Source: Antedon mediterranea (lineage: Eukaryota > Animalia > Echinodermata). Taken from it: a DNA stretch of 64,000 nt. The notes beneath the pieces are model-generated. The model made no database searches, was not told the origin of the DNA, and saw only the letters and a list, made by a program, of their open reading frames with translations. The number at the start of each line of letters is the position of its first letter. Positions within the stretch are counted from its first letter, which is position 1. The translations under genes were made by a program, and so were the position numbers. The stretch covers positions 10,278,795 to 10,342,794 of the forward strand of contig NC_092670.1 of NCBI RefSeq assembly GCF_964355755.1. The letters are read 5' to 3'. Below are positions 52,201 to 64,000 of the stretch, in pieces.

Positions 52201-55200
52201 TCTATCTGAAATCATACCATTGTTCTCTATTAATTGTTTTGCTGGTGTCTCTATGGCTGGCAGTTCTTACAGTAATGTATTGTGATGTGTGTTTTAGTAA
52301 TGAATTAGTAAGCTGTGGCAATGATGTTCTGATATCTTTAAATAAATTGTAAGTGTCTTTCAAGGATACAAGCAAAATTCAATTTTTTCAAGTAATAAGC
52401 TAGTGTGTTATAATGATGTTATATTTGCTCCTTCAGATATCTTTACATAAATTGTTGCCTATACTTACTGTCCATCCTGCATCACTCCTCATCTTGCAGT
52501 ACACAGTAAACTGTGGTCCTCCATCATTTGGCTGTATCGCATATTCACCACTCACAGCAGAAGGATTATTTTGTAAAATCGTACTACAATCCCTCATAAA
52601 ACACTCTAAAATTACAAAGTTTGAAGATCACATATTAGATATAACATTGAAATAAGCCTATACATTGAGTGAAACGTCCATTTGGTTATAAGATTAATTT
52701 TATAGTAGGTAAATACAAGTGAAAGTACTTTAAGAATATTAAAGAGAACATTTCCTATAGGCAAATTCAACAGCAACAGTCACGACCAGCAGCCAATCAC
52801 TAATAATAAATGTGAACCTCCATATAAGAAATAAATTTATTTAATAATAAATTGTATACTTACTCATTTTGGAATCAGTGGCCAGGACATGAAGAAAAAT
52901 GAAATATAAAATAATTAACATAATGACAGTATATAGATATAGAATGCCGCTATTACAGTAATTTAATAATTACAAACTAGTTTTCTTGGTGAGAGAGAGA
53001 GAGAGGAACAGCATTTTACAGTAGTTGAAATAGTGAACTTCCCATGGAGAGTGACCACATGATAATGTAGGTGCATCACATTGGCCAATTAGTGTAGATA
53101 TGCTAGTTTGAAGTCACAACCAAAGACATTATTTTTGATCATACGTCCACTACACAGTCACGCATCATGCATGCGTAGAAATGTATTCTGATCGAGAATT
53201 GTTGGTTGGTTGGGTTTGGAAATAAAATAGAACTAAATAAAGTTTCTTCTTTCAAATAATTTTTTAATTTGGATGATCCAAAAGAATAAAATATTTGAAT
53301 ACTACAGTATCCAGAGATCCAGATGAACCTTTTTACTAAAGTTTCTTCTTTGCTCAAATCTAATATTACTTATCACTCAATATACTTATACCATGTGTAG
53401 TAGAAAACACATAATATTCAAATTATGATTGACAATATTGCTTTTTCACAGGTTTCCCATTCAAAATTATTTGGGCGTAATTATAGATGAAACACTAACA
53501 TGGGGGCATTCCAAAGTATTTTTGTAATATGGACGTGACATTTTTGAGAATATAACTAGCCATATTTTAGAAATAAAAAAGAATACATAACATATATGGC
53601 CATGAATGTTAATTATGAAAGTCAAACCAATTTATAAGACTGTACAAAAAAATTATTAAAATTGTATGCGTCACAGACAGGCAATGTACATGACTTCAAT
53701 TCATCGACATTTTTATTCCATAATCAAAATAAAAACATATACAAATACAATACAAATAATAAGATAATGGAATGGGATACAAAATAAGCACAAGTGCTTT
53801 AAGCATGTAACCCTAACAAAAAGATCAAAGAATTAGTACAAACAAAAAGAACAAACCAAAATAACATAATGTGATTTACTTAACTTAAATATTTCTATTG
53901 TTATAATATTACTTTAATCTCTGTTTAAACAAACTTAAAGTGGGGGATTGTTTTATATAGTCTGTTAAATTGTTCCAAATATGTGTTCCTTGGTAGGAAA
54001 TACATTGCTGTCCGACTTTGGTGCGTTTTAGTTGTGGACAGTAGTTTGACCTGTTTCTAGTTGAGTAATTATGGAATGAGGCAGATGTACTAAATAAGTT
54101 ATTAAATGATTCAGGTAATAGATTATGTTTATATTGATACATAAATATAGCAGTGTGTTTCGTATAAAGGTCAAAAATATTTAATGTTTGGGTTGAAATA
54201 AAAAGTGGATGAGAAGGATGCATAAAATGAACATGACAAATATTTCTAAGTGCTTTTTTCTGGAGAATATGTATACGGTTTAAGTTTGTAGCAGAAGTAG
54301 CACCCCATACTGTGATAGCATACGTTATTCTAGGTAATATAAGTGCATTGTATACCGTTAACAAGATTTTACTTGATAACATAGACTTCACTTTGTTTAA
54401 GACACCAATTATTCTAGAAATACTGTTTGCTACCTCATTTACATGAAAATTAAACGATAAAGTTTCATCCAGAAATAAGCCTAGAAATTTAACTTCAGTA
54501 GCTTTTACTATACATTCATTTCCCATCCTCAATTCTAGTGAGGTAGTGTCAGCTGACTTATTTCTAGCCTTAAATATAACATATTTTGATTTGTTTACAT
54601 TTAGCGTTAATTTGTTAGCAATAAACCAGTCCGAAAGTATAGATAACTCCTGGTTCATTGTATCAAAAGCTTGAGTAATATCATTGTGACTATAAAACAC
54701 ATTTGTGTCATCTGCATACATAATCATGTCTACATGGTTACATGCTAGACTAATATCATTAATGAATATAAGAAATAATAATGGACCCAATATGGATCCC
54801 TGAGGAACTCCAGTGTTTACTGTCATTTTACTAGATGCAGTATTAACAATAAATGTGTATTGTAGTCTTTTTTTAAGATAGTTTGAGAACCAGTTTAGCG
54901 GAACTCCTCTTATACCATAAAATCTTAACTTATCTAATAATATATCATGATCGATTGTATCAAACGCTTTTGATAAATCAAGGAAAACTCCTAGTGTGAA
55001 CTCTTTATTCTCAATAGCGTTTGTGATTTTTTCAATCGATTGTATTAAAGCATGACTAGTTGAATGGTGTTGTCTAAATCCATACTGTGTTTTACTCAGT
55101 ACGTTATATTTTGAGAGGTAACAAATCGTTTGATCATACACAATCCTCTCAAATATTTTGGAAAAAAAGGGTAAAATGGAAATAGGCCGATAATTATTTA

Positions 55201-58200
55201 TATCGGAGATGTCACCATTCTTAAATACCGGGATAACTTTAGCAATTTTTATATCAGCCGGGACACAGCCCGATGATAATGACGTATTAATAATATGCAA
55301 TAAAGGTTTTAAAATAAACGGGGAAGCAGATTTTATGAGTTGGGCACTTATACCATCATGGCCAGGAGAAGTATTCTTTGTGTTTTTAATATAGTGGTTA
55401 AGTTCATGTTCAGTAACAGGCTTAAAAAACATTGAAGAGGTAAAATTTCCCTTTAAGAAAGTTCTGTGGGTGATTTCTTCATTTTGAGATTCATGCCTAA
55501 ATTTATTATTTAGTTTTTCTCCAATATTAATAAAAAAAGAGTTGAATGCATCAGCTTTCTCATCATTATCAGAGAAAGTCTCAGTACCCAATTTTATTTT
55601 TGTAGGCAAATTGGTAGTCTTTTTCCTACCCATTATATCATTTAGGATTGTCCACGTTTTTTTAATATCTTGTTTATTTCGTTCAAACTGGACCATATAA
55701 TATTCTTTTTTCCGATTTCTAATAGTAGTGGTTAACTTGTTTCTAAAATGTATGTACGTACTTTTATTAGTAGTGGTGTTATTTTGTTTGTACTTTTTAT
55801 ATAATTTATGTTTTTGAGAGATAGCTCTGGCAATTTCAGCTGTGATCCAAGGAGATTTTAACTTGTTCGCCTTATTTCTAATTCGTTTTAAAGGGAAACA
55901 ATTATCAATTGTTTTATTTAAAGTGTTTGTAAAATTTTGATAAGCAACATTCGCATTATTTGAGAATAGCACATCATTCCACTGATTACTTTGTAATTCT
56001 TGCAAAAAATACTCCGTTTGTTGAGGAGAGTATTGTCGTTTATATACAAATCGAGGATATTGCTTATTATGTTTTTCCAAAGTATCTACACAGAATATTG
56101 GGAAGTGATCAGAAATATCAGTAATAAGTATTCCACTTTTAAGGGACGTAGTAAAAGAATCGATGTTGCAATAAATGTTATCAATTATTGAAGCACAATT
56201 ATCGGATATTCTAGTAGGACTTTTTATGATTGGCTGAAATGACTGAGAAAATATTGTGTCTAAGTGTGATTGGATAGTGTTGTCGGTAGATTGTTGGAGT
56301 AAGTTTATGTTATAGTCTCCCACAAGGTAAGCTTTCTTTTTTTCTAGATTAATCATTTGCATTACACATGTTAATTCATCATCAAACTTTTGCAAGAAGG
56401 TTTAGGTATTGTAATATTTCTCCTCATTTAAAAGAAATCTTAAAATTTGTTTTGTATTATGATGTTGCCAGATAGTTGTTTTAGATAACTGAATGTTAAT
56501 CAACTCCAAATTTATTAATAAATATGATTTATATGTTGTTACAGACGGGATTTCTCCAACGTCGTGGACAGAACACTTTTGTCCAGGTTAAAAAAATTGT
56601 ATAATTTTGATATTTACAAAAATAAAATTACATCAGTTTATTCTTTTATTACAAATCAAAATATTATTCAACCTTTGAAACACTGTTGAAAGTTTAGGTC
56701 AAGTGAAAATATTAAAATTCATAAAATAATATAAAATATTATTTATAAAATTAATTATTCAAAGAGTTATAAAGAGAAGCAATAATTGTTAAATTCATTT
56801 GTTTAATTCATTTATTTTAAAAAACATCATTAATTTAAAAGTTAGGTTTCGTATAAACAAATCTTCAAGCTATTAACACATTTAAGGCGATTCTTTAAAA
56901 ATTGACGTTGGCATTTGACGTCTGAATTTCTTAGTGGATCCAAGTTGCACCTGAAATTTTCTTCTATCCTTGCTTGAATTTAATATTATTTCTATTTAGT
57001 ATCTGATTTATAAAGGTTTATGGTTGCAAATTCACAAAGAATGAAATCTACAAAGTGAAAAAAAATACAAGTTTAAATCTATTGCAATTTAATATCCTTA
57101 AGAACAGTTGAAAATTATGTTTTGAAAATACAGATTTTGCAATCATTACTTCAATAAACACTAAATGAGGAAAAAACCCAACCAAAATTTCTCAGAAGTG
57201 ACAATTATAATTTTTTAAATGAAAATTATGTATGAATATGAAATTAATAAACAAACAATTGTAATAAAATATTTGATTATGAACAAACCCCCCTTTTCTT
57301 GAAGTGCCCTTTCAAACTAGACTAGGCATAGCCGATATGACAATTTCTTGGCTATTCTGTATAGCCAGCAGGCAAATTGTACTTTTCTTACTACAAAGTC
57401 CTAGGAAAATTTGTCTAGTTTATAAATATTAGTATGTTAAAATATTAAAAATAGAAATATATTAATAACATTTAAATTTTGTCTTAACTAAAAGAAGACA
57501 CATAGATTGTATTTACTATGTATACAGTACCAGTAATAAATGTAATCTTTATGTTAAATTTACTTCAAATGATTTATATACAATTAAAAGAAATATCATA
57601 TCTATACACGTAACCATACATATGAGGTATCAAAGTGACTGCAATTGAACCTTTTTTTAAACTATAACATTTAAAAAATCCCCACCTGCACCTTTTTCCT
57701 GTCCTTGTTGTTTTTAATGAACTACAATATGGGTTACAGGTAAACAAGCTTTGCTCTTATGGTCATCCATACTAGCATTTGTTTTTTATCCCTCATGATA
57801 TTTAAATGGTAAAATAAATTTATACTTGACTCTCTTTTTTATATTGATAGAGATATTTTTTTATTTTATATATGGATTTAATTTATATTTGGATTTAAGT
57901 GATTCTTCATAATATTTTTGTTTATTACTTTTATATACTAAATAAATTTTGGGGAGGTCCAACCATGTTTACATTACTTCACTCTGTAAATTTAATTGCT
58001 ATGGCGTTGCTTAATCTGTATACAATTTATTTTAAATTCTAGCTATCAATTTAAAACAGAACCCGAGATACAATAGATCACCAAAGTAAGAAAACACCTT
58101 CAGGAGCCAAAACAATTCCTACTAATAGGCGTTTCCCCGAAACCAGGTTTTGTTGAATACACTACATAAGTTGTTCATTCCATCAGTACACTAAATCAGA

Positions 58201-58495
58201 AAATTTAACTCACCCTTTCGATGTAACAAAACTCTGGCTTTTGAATTACGTTGTTTTCAACTGATGCTTTTTCCAGTATTTGCATACTGATTTGACAAAC
58301 ACGATCTTTCTGGTTATAGTTGACCGACAAGCAGTATGATTTGTCGGAACATTCCAGCAAACAATTTACACGGCTTATATTCTTCAACTCGTAACTCCAA
58401 CCCTTAAGAGCCTGCCCCTGGATAACTGTATAGAATGAATTGGTCGAAAGAACGACAATAGGCAGAAGATTAAGAACGACAACTAACGTATGCAT
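49218..58495 (-). CDS. PAN/Apple + fibrinogen C-terminal (FReD) gene, copy 2, apparently complete; exons 58495-58214, (52888-52864?), 52605-52469, 51431-51170, 49465-49218
   Basis: Signal-like leader; PAN cysteines; RDC..., GWT|VIQRRQDGSVDF, EFWLG, GTA|GDSL, FTTKDRDND, NCA, GGWWY..C..SNLNG; no stops in exons. Confidence 0.88.
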
Positions 58496-58970
58496 TGCAA
58501 CGTTTTGTAAATACGTATTGACAAAATAAACTGTATGATGTGCCTTCAAATACAAATTGTCATACACCTTATTTGTGGTAATAAGGAACTACTGTACGTT
58601 TTCATCTTCTGATGTGCGTATTATAGATGTTCCATCCAAGTATAATACAATAGAACTTTGTCTGCACCAATCAAAAACGTGTTAGTAATAATAAGGTGTA
58701 ATTACATAACAATGTATGAACAAACTTGATGCTTTTTTTCTAATAGCCTATCAAATTGAACCATCAAATGCATGGAGTTATTGTTTTTTAATTATTATTA
58801 AATAAATTAAAGAAATTATCATTAAATCATACACTTAATTAAAGCAAAAGAGGACACTTTTATCAGTTGACATAGAGTTCTGCGATGCTGACGTCACAAC
58901 AGTGGCGCTGCATGGTTGCTAGCCAACCAAAAAATGCATTCAACCTGCCTGAGTGACTTTAAGGTCACCA
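51050..58970 (+). repeat. Segmental duplicate of ~6590-10550 (direct orientation); further paralogous blocks 59870-60335~14180-15325, 60655-60905~10630-10880, 60905-63180~12780-12995
   Basis: Long collinear intronic and exonic similarity, with indels and copy-specific TE insertions. Confidence 0.92.
53700..56400 (-). mobile_element. 5'-truncated CR1/L2-group LINE with open EN-RT frame (53909-56395) in FReD intron 1
   Basis: APE motifs GDYNINLL, PTR, IDNIY, SDHFPI; RT NYRPISIL, QYGFR, LDLSKAFD, GVPQGSILGP, YADD; absent from the paralogous intron at ~8720-8740. Confidence 0.92.
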
Positions 58971-59231
58971 ATGGTTTGGTATAGGCTTTTTGAAGTAGTC
59001 ATTTTAAAACTTAATAATTTTCAATAAAAACAAACTAAAATTTCAAAATATCACTAAACATTTGTTTTTAATAATCTATTTTTTTCCAACTAGAGTTTAA
59101 GTCAAGCTAAGATACATAATTTGATAGAAATACAGATCTATACAGTTTATCAACATAGTAGCGTTGAACGCATTTTTTGGTTGGCTAGCAACCATGCAGC
59201 GCCATCTAACGTCACACTGCAGAACTCTATA
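58871..59231. mobile_element. MITE with ~70-bp TIRs starting CATAGAG; only the left arm survives in copy 1 (10448-10550)
   Basis: CATAGAGTTCTGC...GGTTGCTAGCCAACCAAAAAATGC and its inverse at 59163-59231; no clear TSD. Confidence 0.65.
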
Positions 59232-61060
59232 GGGTCAAAGTCAAACATTTAATAAATATACGATAGATCATAAAAGTAATCACAATTTGACCAGTTAATT
59301 TTAATGGTATTCTGATAATTATGTCTATAGTGCAAAATAAATAATTTATTACATAAATTGCGACAAAAAAACATGACTTTCTCTTCAAATGGTCAAATAC
59401 AGTATTTGACTGCTATAAAAACAAGTCAGACATTTTTTTTCAGTAAAAAAATGCTTTTATTAATGCAATAATGCACTTTTATATTCTATATGCATAAAAC
59501 ATGTTTAAAAAATAATTTATCAACAAAAATGTCTTGCCAGTTGGGTTGCACATATACTAGCAATGGTAGTTAGTAGTTTTTGTTTGGATAAAATAAGGAG
59601 CGATACTTTTAGCTTGAGCGATTCTTAAGTTTCATTTATAAACATCCCAGGGTTTACCATTGTTAATACTGTACATAATTATTTACTTTTTTAAGATGCA
59701 AAATTGAATTAACCATGTAGCCTACTGTAGCTGGATTATAACATCTGATCAATTTTTTTTTAAATAAATTTTGAACAAATTTAGTGTTTTGGTTCAAGTT
59801 TCTCTAGTTATAGCCTAGGCCTAGTAAGAAATGTATGCTAACCTAGCGTTGCATTGGGTGATTGGAAAAATGATAAAAGGGTGGCTCAAGCTTGCTTCGT
59901 AGAAGCGGTGTGCATGAGGTAGAACTATGAACAAGAATACTGTACTTACCACCTGTTCGATAATCGTTTTTGGAATGCTGTCTTGACCTCTAAGTGACCT
60001 GATTCTGTTTTCAGAGTTCTCAACTTTCTACAATTATTTCCTTAGTTTGGATAAAAAATTCTGTAGTAATTACAAAATAGTTGAATGTAGAATGATATTC
60101 AGAAAAACCATCACACTGTGATTGTGTTTTGACAAATTGTAATCCAGAAATGGAAATCCAGAAGAAGTGCTTTTCGTGGATTGTGGGTCCATCATAATTT
60201 TGTGTTTTATTTTGGGTTTCTCATAATTTTAAGTCATATCATAAATTTGCCTAGTATGTATTTCCATAGTATTTATCTCCATTTCCAACAAACATTACAT
60301 GGCAGCACTGAAATAAGTAATTAAATATTCCAATAAAAATTGGCTGGGTAATCATCAGGAATAGTCCTTAACAGGGAGATGAGTGCCTCTGCCCACTGAT
60401 GAGTTTCGGGATTCCTTTGACCCGGAGGGAGAGTACTCGTCAGGGTCCCTACCTAGGGTTACAGGTCTCAGGTTTTTAGTTCTTTTAATTAATTAGTGTT
60501 CCATGACTTTCTCATCAAAATTAATGTCTCTTATTGTTGTGCTATGTCAACATAATGTCAATGACGGCGAAATGTCACCAATAATGGGGATAGCTATGCA
60601 AACAAGTAAGTAACAAGTAAGTAATATTGAATTATCTCAACTCGAATCTATTTTATTATGGTGATGCTATTAAATGACATAAAATGTAAACATAAAAAGG
60701 ATTATTGTCCTTTACTGAATTTTCCTCTTTCAATCTTTATAATATTATATAGTATTATATGGTGATGCTATTAAAATTCAAATATATTGTAATGTTTGTC
60801 TTCCACTTGTCTCTATTCTTAGATATTATTATTTAAAACACGTTCTCTGCATGTAAAATAATAGCATATGCATAATTTAGTATCTTGTTTGAAAATGAAG
60901 GTTAACATCAATTAATTTTCCATATGTTGTTTTCACATAGCTACCACAGTATTACTTAATACACTGCACTCTCCTCACCTCTGCTGGCTTCATGATAACT
61001 TGAGCAAAAAAAACCAACCACCTGACATGTTTTAACTTCAGATGTTGACTTGTCCAATGG

Positions 61061-63112
61061 GGGTAGTAACAAAGTGCGAGGCAGCGAGGCACGCGAGGCA
61101 GGGAAGGCATGCGAGGCAAGTCAGAAATTTATGCGAGGCATCGTTTTACCATCATCAAAAAATGCGAGGCATCATTTTATCATTTCTCAAAATTGCAAGG
61201 CAGGAAATCACCGAAATTGAAGTAGCCTAGGCCTAGGTCCGCTAGGCTAGTTTCCTTTTGCACCTGCCTTGTAATTTAACCAAGGCTTTATCCTGAATAC
61301 CACAGCTTAGAATTAGTAGGCCTACTTTAATGAAGAAAAATCACATAAAAGTAACAATAAATCCATTAAATTGGTGATTTTACAGACGTTGTTTTTCTCG
61401 CATTTCGCACACTCAATGTTCAATATTTTGGTTTCTATGGAACGCCAAAAGAGCAAAATTAATTAGAGGGCTAAAAACTCTGTGGAATCCATTTATATTT
61501 AACGCATTATTTGGTGAAAATCAAGTACAATTTCAATAGATTTTGTCACTGTCAGTAAGGAAAAATGTTACTGTTGATAATGTACACGGTTTCGTTAACC
61601 TTTTAAAGAATAAAATAGAAAAATTCATCATAATATCCTTAGTAGGATGTCCTAGGTCTAGACTAGGTAGTGATGTTGATTTAGGATCGATTATTATTCT
61701 TTGAAAACATAACAGTATCAGCAGTAACATATTACAACATTTTTATTGACAAATTAACAAATATATTGAAATAAAACGTGTTTTTCACCAATAAATGCAT
61801 GAGAAATTGACGCATTCCACTGAGTTTTAGTCCTCTATTATCGTTGCTCTTTTGGCGCTCCATAGAAACAAAAATATTGAACATTGAATAAGTGAAATTC
61901 GCGAACAGTGTGCGAGAAACACGCCTGTAAAATCATTAATTTAAGGATTTATTTGTTACTTTTTATGTGATTCTTTCATTAAAGTACTCATGAGGTATAC
62001 TTCTAAGGTGTGGTATTCACACGATAAAGTTAGTTATCAAATTTGGAGTAAAAATACAAGCGAAGGAAACTAGCGCCAGGTTTATTAGTACGTACATGGA
62101 CAACAATAAATAAAAATCGTTCGTAATATACCTAGCTTACTAAAACAGGAATAGTGTATCATTATTAAATATTACACCAATTATTATTTTATCAAAATTG
62201 ATTAAATTATTTTCTACATAGGCCTCTTATCTAGGTTAGGGCTAAGCATATTAGCTAAAGTTTAATTTTAGGCCTAGTATTACAATTGTCGGACGTAAGT
62301 CTTTTTTCACACGCGCTCCAGAATTCTGTCGCAATTTTTTTCTTTGCGGCATGTTATTGGATCGGCATATCAGTTTCCTTTTATTCACCGCCAGTTATTG
62401 AACTTGTCCTGGCAATCGCTGTTCACCTTATTTGCGAGAGAGGTACACGTGTTGTTCCTAGAAAATGGAATGTCAAAAATGTCTTTGGCACGCCGCTCAG
62501 AGAGAAGTCTGTGCGTTGCTGCTGAAACCACGTGCTATAGGAGTGGAATGCACCACGATCCTCTGAGCTGAGGGCTGAATCATTCCGCTACCTGCTAAAT
62601 AGTAAAGAGGGATTGTCCATCTCTCGGGTCTACCGGATCTAGGCGCAGGGGTGTGACAAAATATTATTTTCACTCTGCTATGTTCGAGAGACATGTGAGT
62701 GAACACGCTCGAAATGCCAACAAACATTGCAGTCATTTGATGAGTGTGTCGCTATAACAATTATTGTTTATCGAAAGTTGAAGACTGTCGTTCAGATTTT
62801 TGAACCGTATAGTTTGGGCACTTTTGTAAAAGTAAAATTTGACACGATATGACTTGAATGAAAAAACAATCGTTACATAAAAATAAACAACATGATGAGT
62901 GTATACACGAATCTATTTAGATACGCTTGTATCGATTGATTATTAGGCCTATAATATATCATAATAGCACGTTAAGATATGCCTCGCACCTTTTTGAAAT
63001 TGTAAACTATATGCCTCGCATGCCTCGCACTTTTGGAAATGATAAAATGATGCCTCGCACAAATATTTGGCATGCCTCGCGTGCCTCGATGCCTCGCACT
63101 TTGTCAACACTC
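61061..63112. mobile_element. MULE-like non-autonomous element with 9-bp TSD and GCGAGGCA subterminal repeats
   Basis: TSD GTCCAATGG (61052-61060 / 63113-63121); empty site at ~12926-12935; ACAAAGTGCGAGGCA termini. Confidence 0.85.
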
Positions 63113-63479
63113 GTCCAATGGCATTGTCTAGTTAGGAATCAAAAAGTAATATAGTACAATGTTGTATATATGATCTAGAAATGGATATACACTGTTATAT
63201 ATAGCTTTTTCAAGTTTTCAAGTTTAGTTTATTGTTTCACACAATACAATACAATACAATACAATACAATACAATATGAACAGAAACATAAATTAATAAT
63301 AAATACAATAGTGTGAGGAGGACGCATTAAGCCAAGGCTTTAAGTTTGGTGGGTTTGTGTGTGGGGAGAGAAACTATCCTCACGTAACGAATCCTGACCA
63401 TATTGTTTATAAAACAGGCTAATTCCTATCTTCCTATTCTATTCCTATGAAAAGTATACTAAAAAGTGGTCCAGAATTG

Positions 63480-63655
63480 GAACCATGGTCTCAAATGGTC
63501 CCAAAATTTAATGGAATGGACCACATATCTATCTGTATATTCATTTTGGTAAAGATCTTGTAATTACTTTTTGAGTAATCCTGGTAACAAACAGACAAAC
63601 AAACAAACAAACACACGCGATCGATTACATATACCTCCTTGGCGGAGGTAAATAA
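63480..63655 (+). mobile_element. Possible Helentron-associated (HINE/DINE-like) element end
   Basis: (ACAA)n microsatellite followed by terminal hairpin CCTCC-TTGGC-GGAGG. Confidence 0.4.
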
Positions 63656-64000
63656 GTAAATGTAGTTACTGCAGTAAATGCTCTAATGTCCTTTGACCTT
63701 GTGAGTTGTTCCATTACAGAATAGATAAGTTGTACCATGAGTGCATTTGAATTAATAATTTAGGTATCTTGATATTACAGTCAACTCTCCCTAGGGCGGG
63801 CATATCTTTTCCGGTTTTTCGAAATTCCGGTTTCCTGAAAACATATTTTTGAAGTTATCACGTTGTCACTGAAAATGCTTGAATCACCGGTCCGAATGCT
63901 GCCCGGTAGCGATTTTTTTTTTCGTACATAAGTTGGGGACCCCTCATGAAACGTCACAAAATAAACATGAATAATTCATCAGTTAAATTTGTTGTTCCGT

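Overview
AT-rich, intron-containing animal genomic DNA. It is probably an invertebrate deuterostome such as an echinoderm; this is an inference from gene content and the abundant TAGGCCTA motif. Three kinds of host gene are present. (1) GTDC1/QTMAN-like glycosyltransferase exons on the + strand: its last two coding exons (14.9 and 17.3 kb) lie upstream of its first five (38.5-45.7 kb), best explained by a ~45-50 kb tandem segmental duplication. (2) A signal peptide + PAN/Apple + fibrinogen-C (FReD) gene nested antisense in GTDC1 intron 5, present as two copies plus a pseudogene fragment. (3) A three-exon kisspeptin-receptor-like GPCR carrying a frameshift in intracellular loop 3. Mobile DNA includes a Gmr1-type Gypsy element (integrase before RT, ~122-bp LTR, tRNA-Pro PBS) split by a MITE, and a young Penelope element with an inverted pseudo-LTR and a minimal hammerhead ribozyme. 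There are also three CR1/L2-group LINE copies, a 5S rRNA+tRNA composite SINE, Harbinger-, Kolobok-, MULE- and hAT-like non-autonomous elements, and an 18-bp minisatellite. Coordinates were read by eye; no searches were run.
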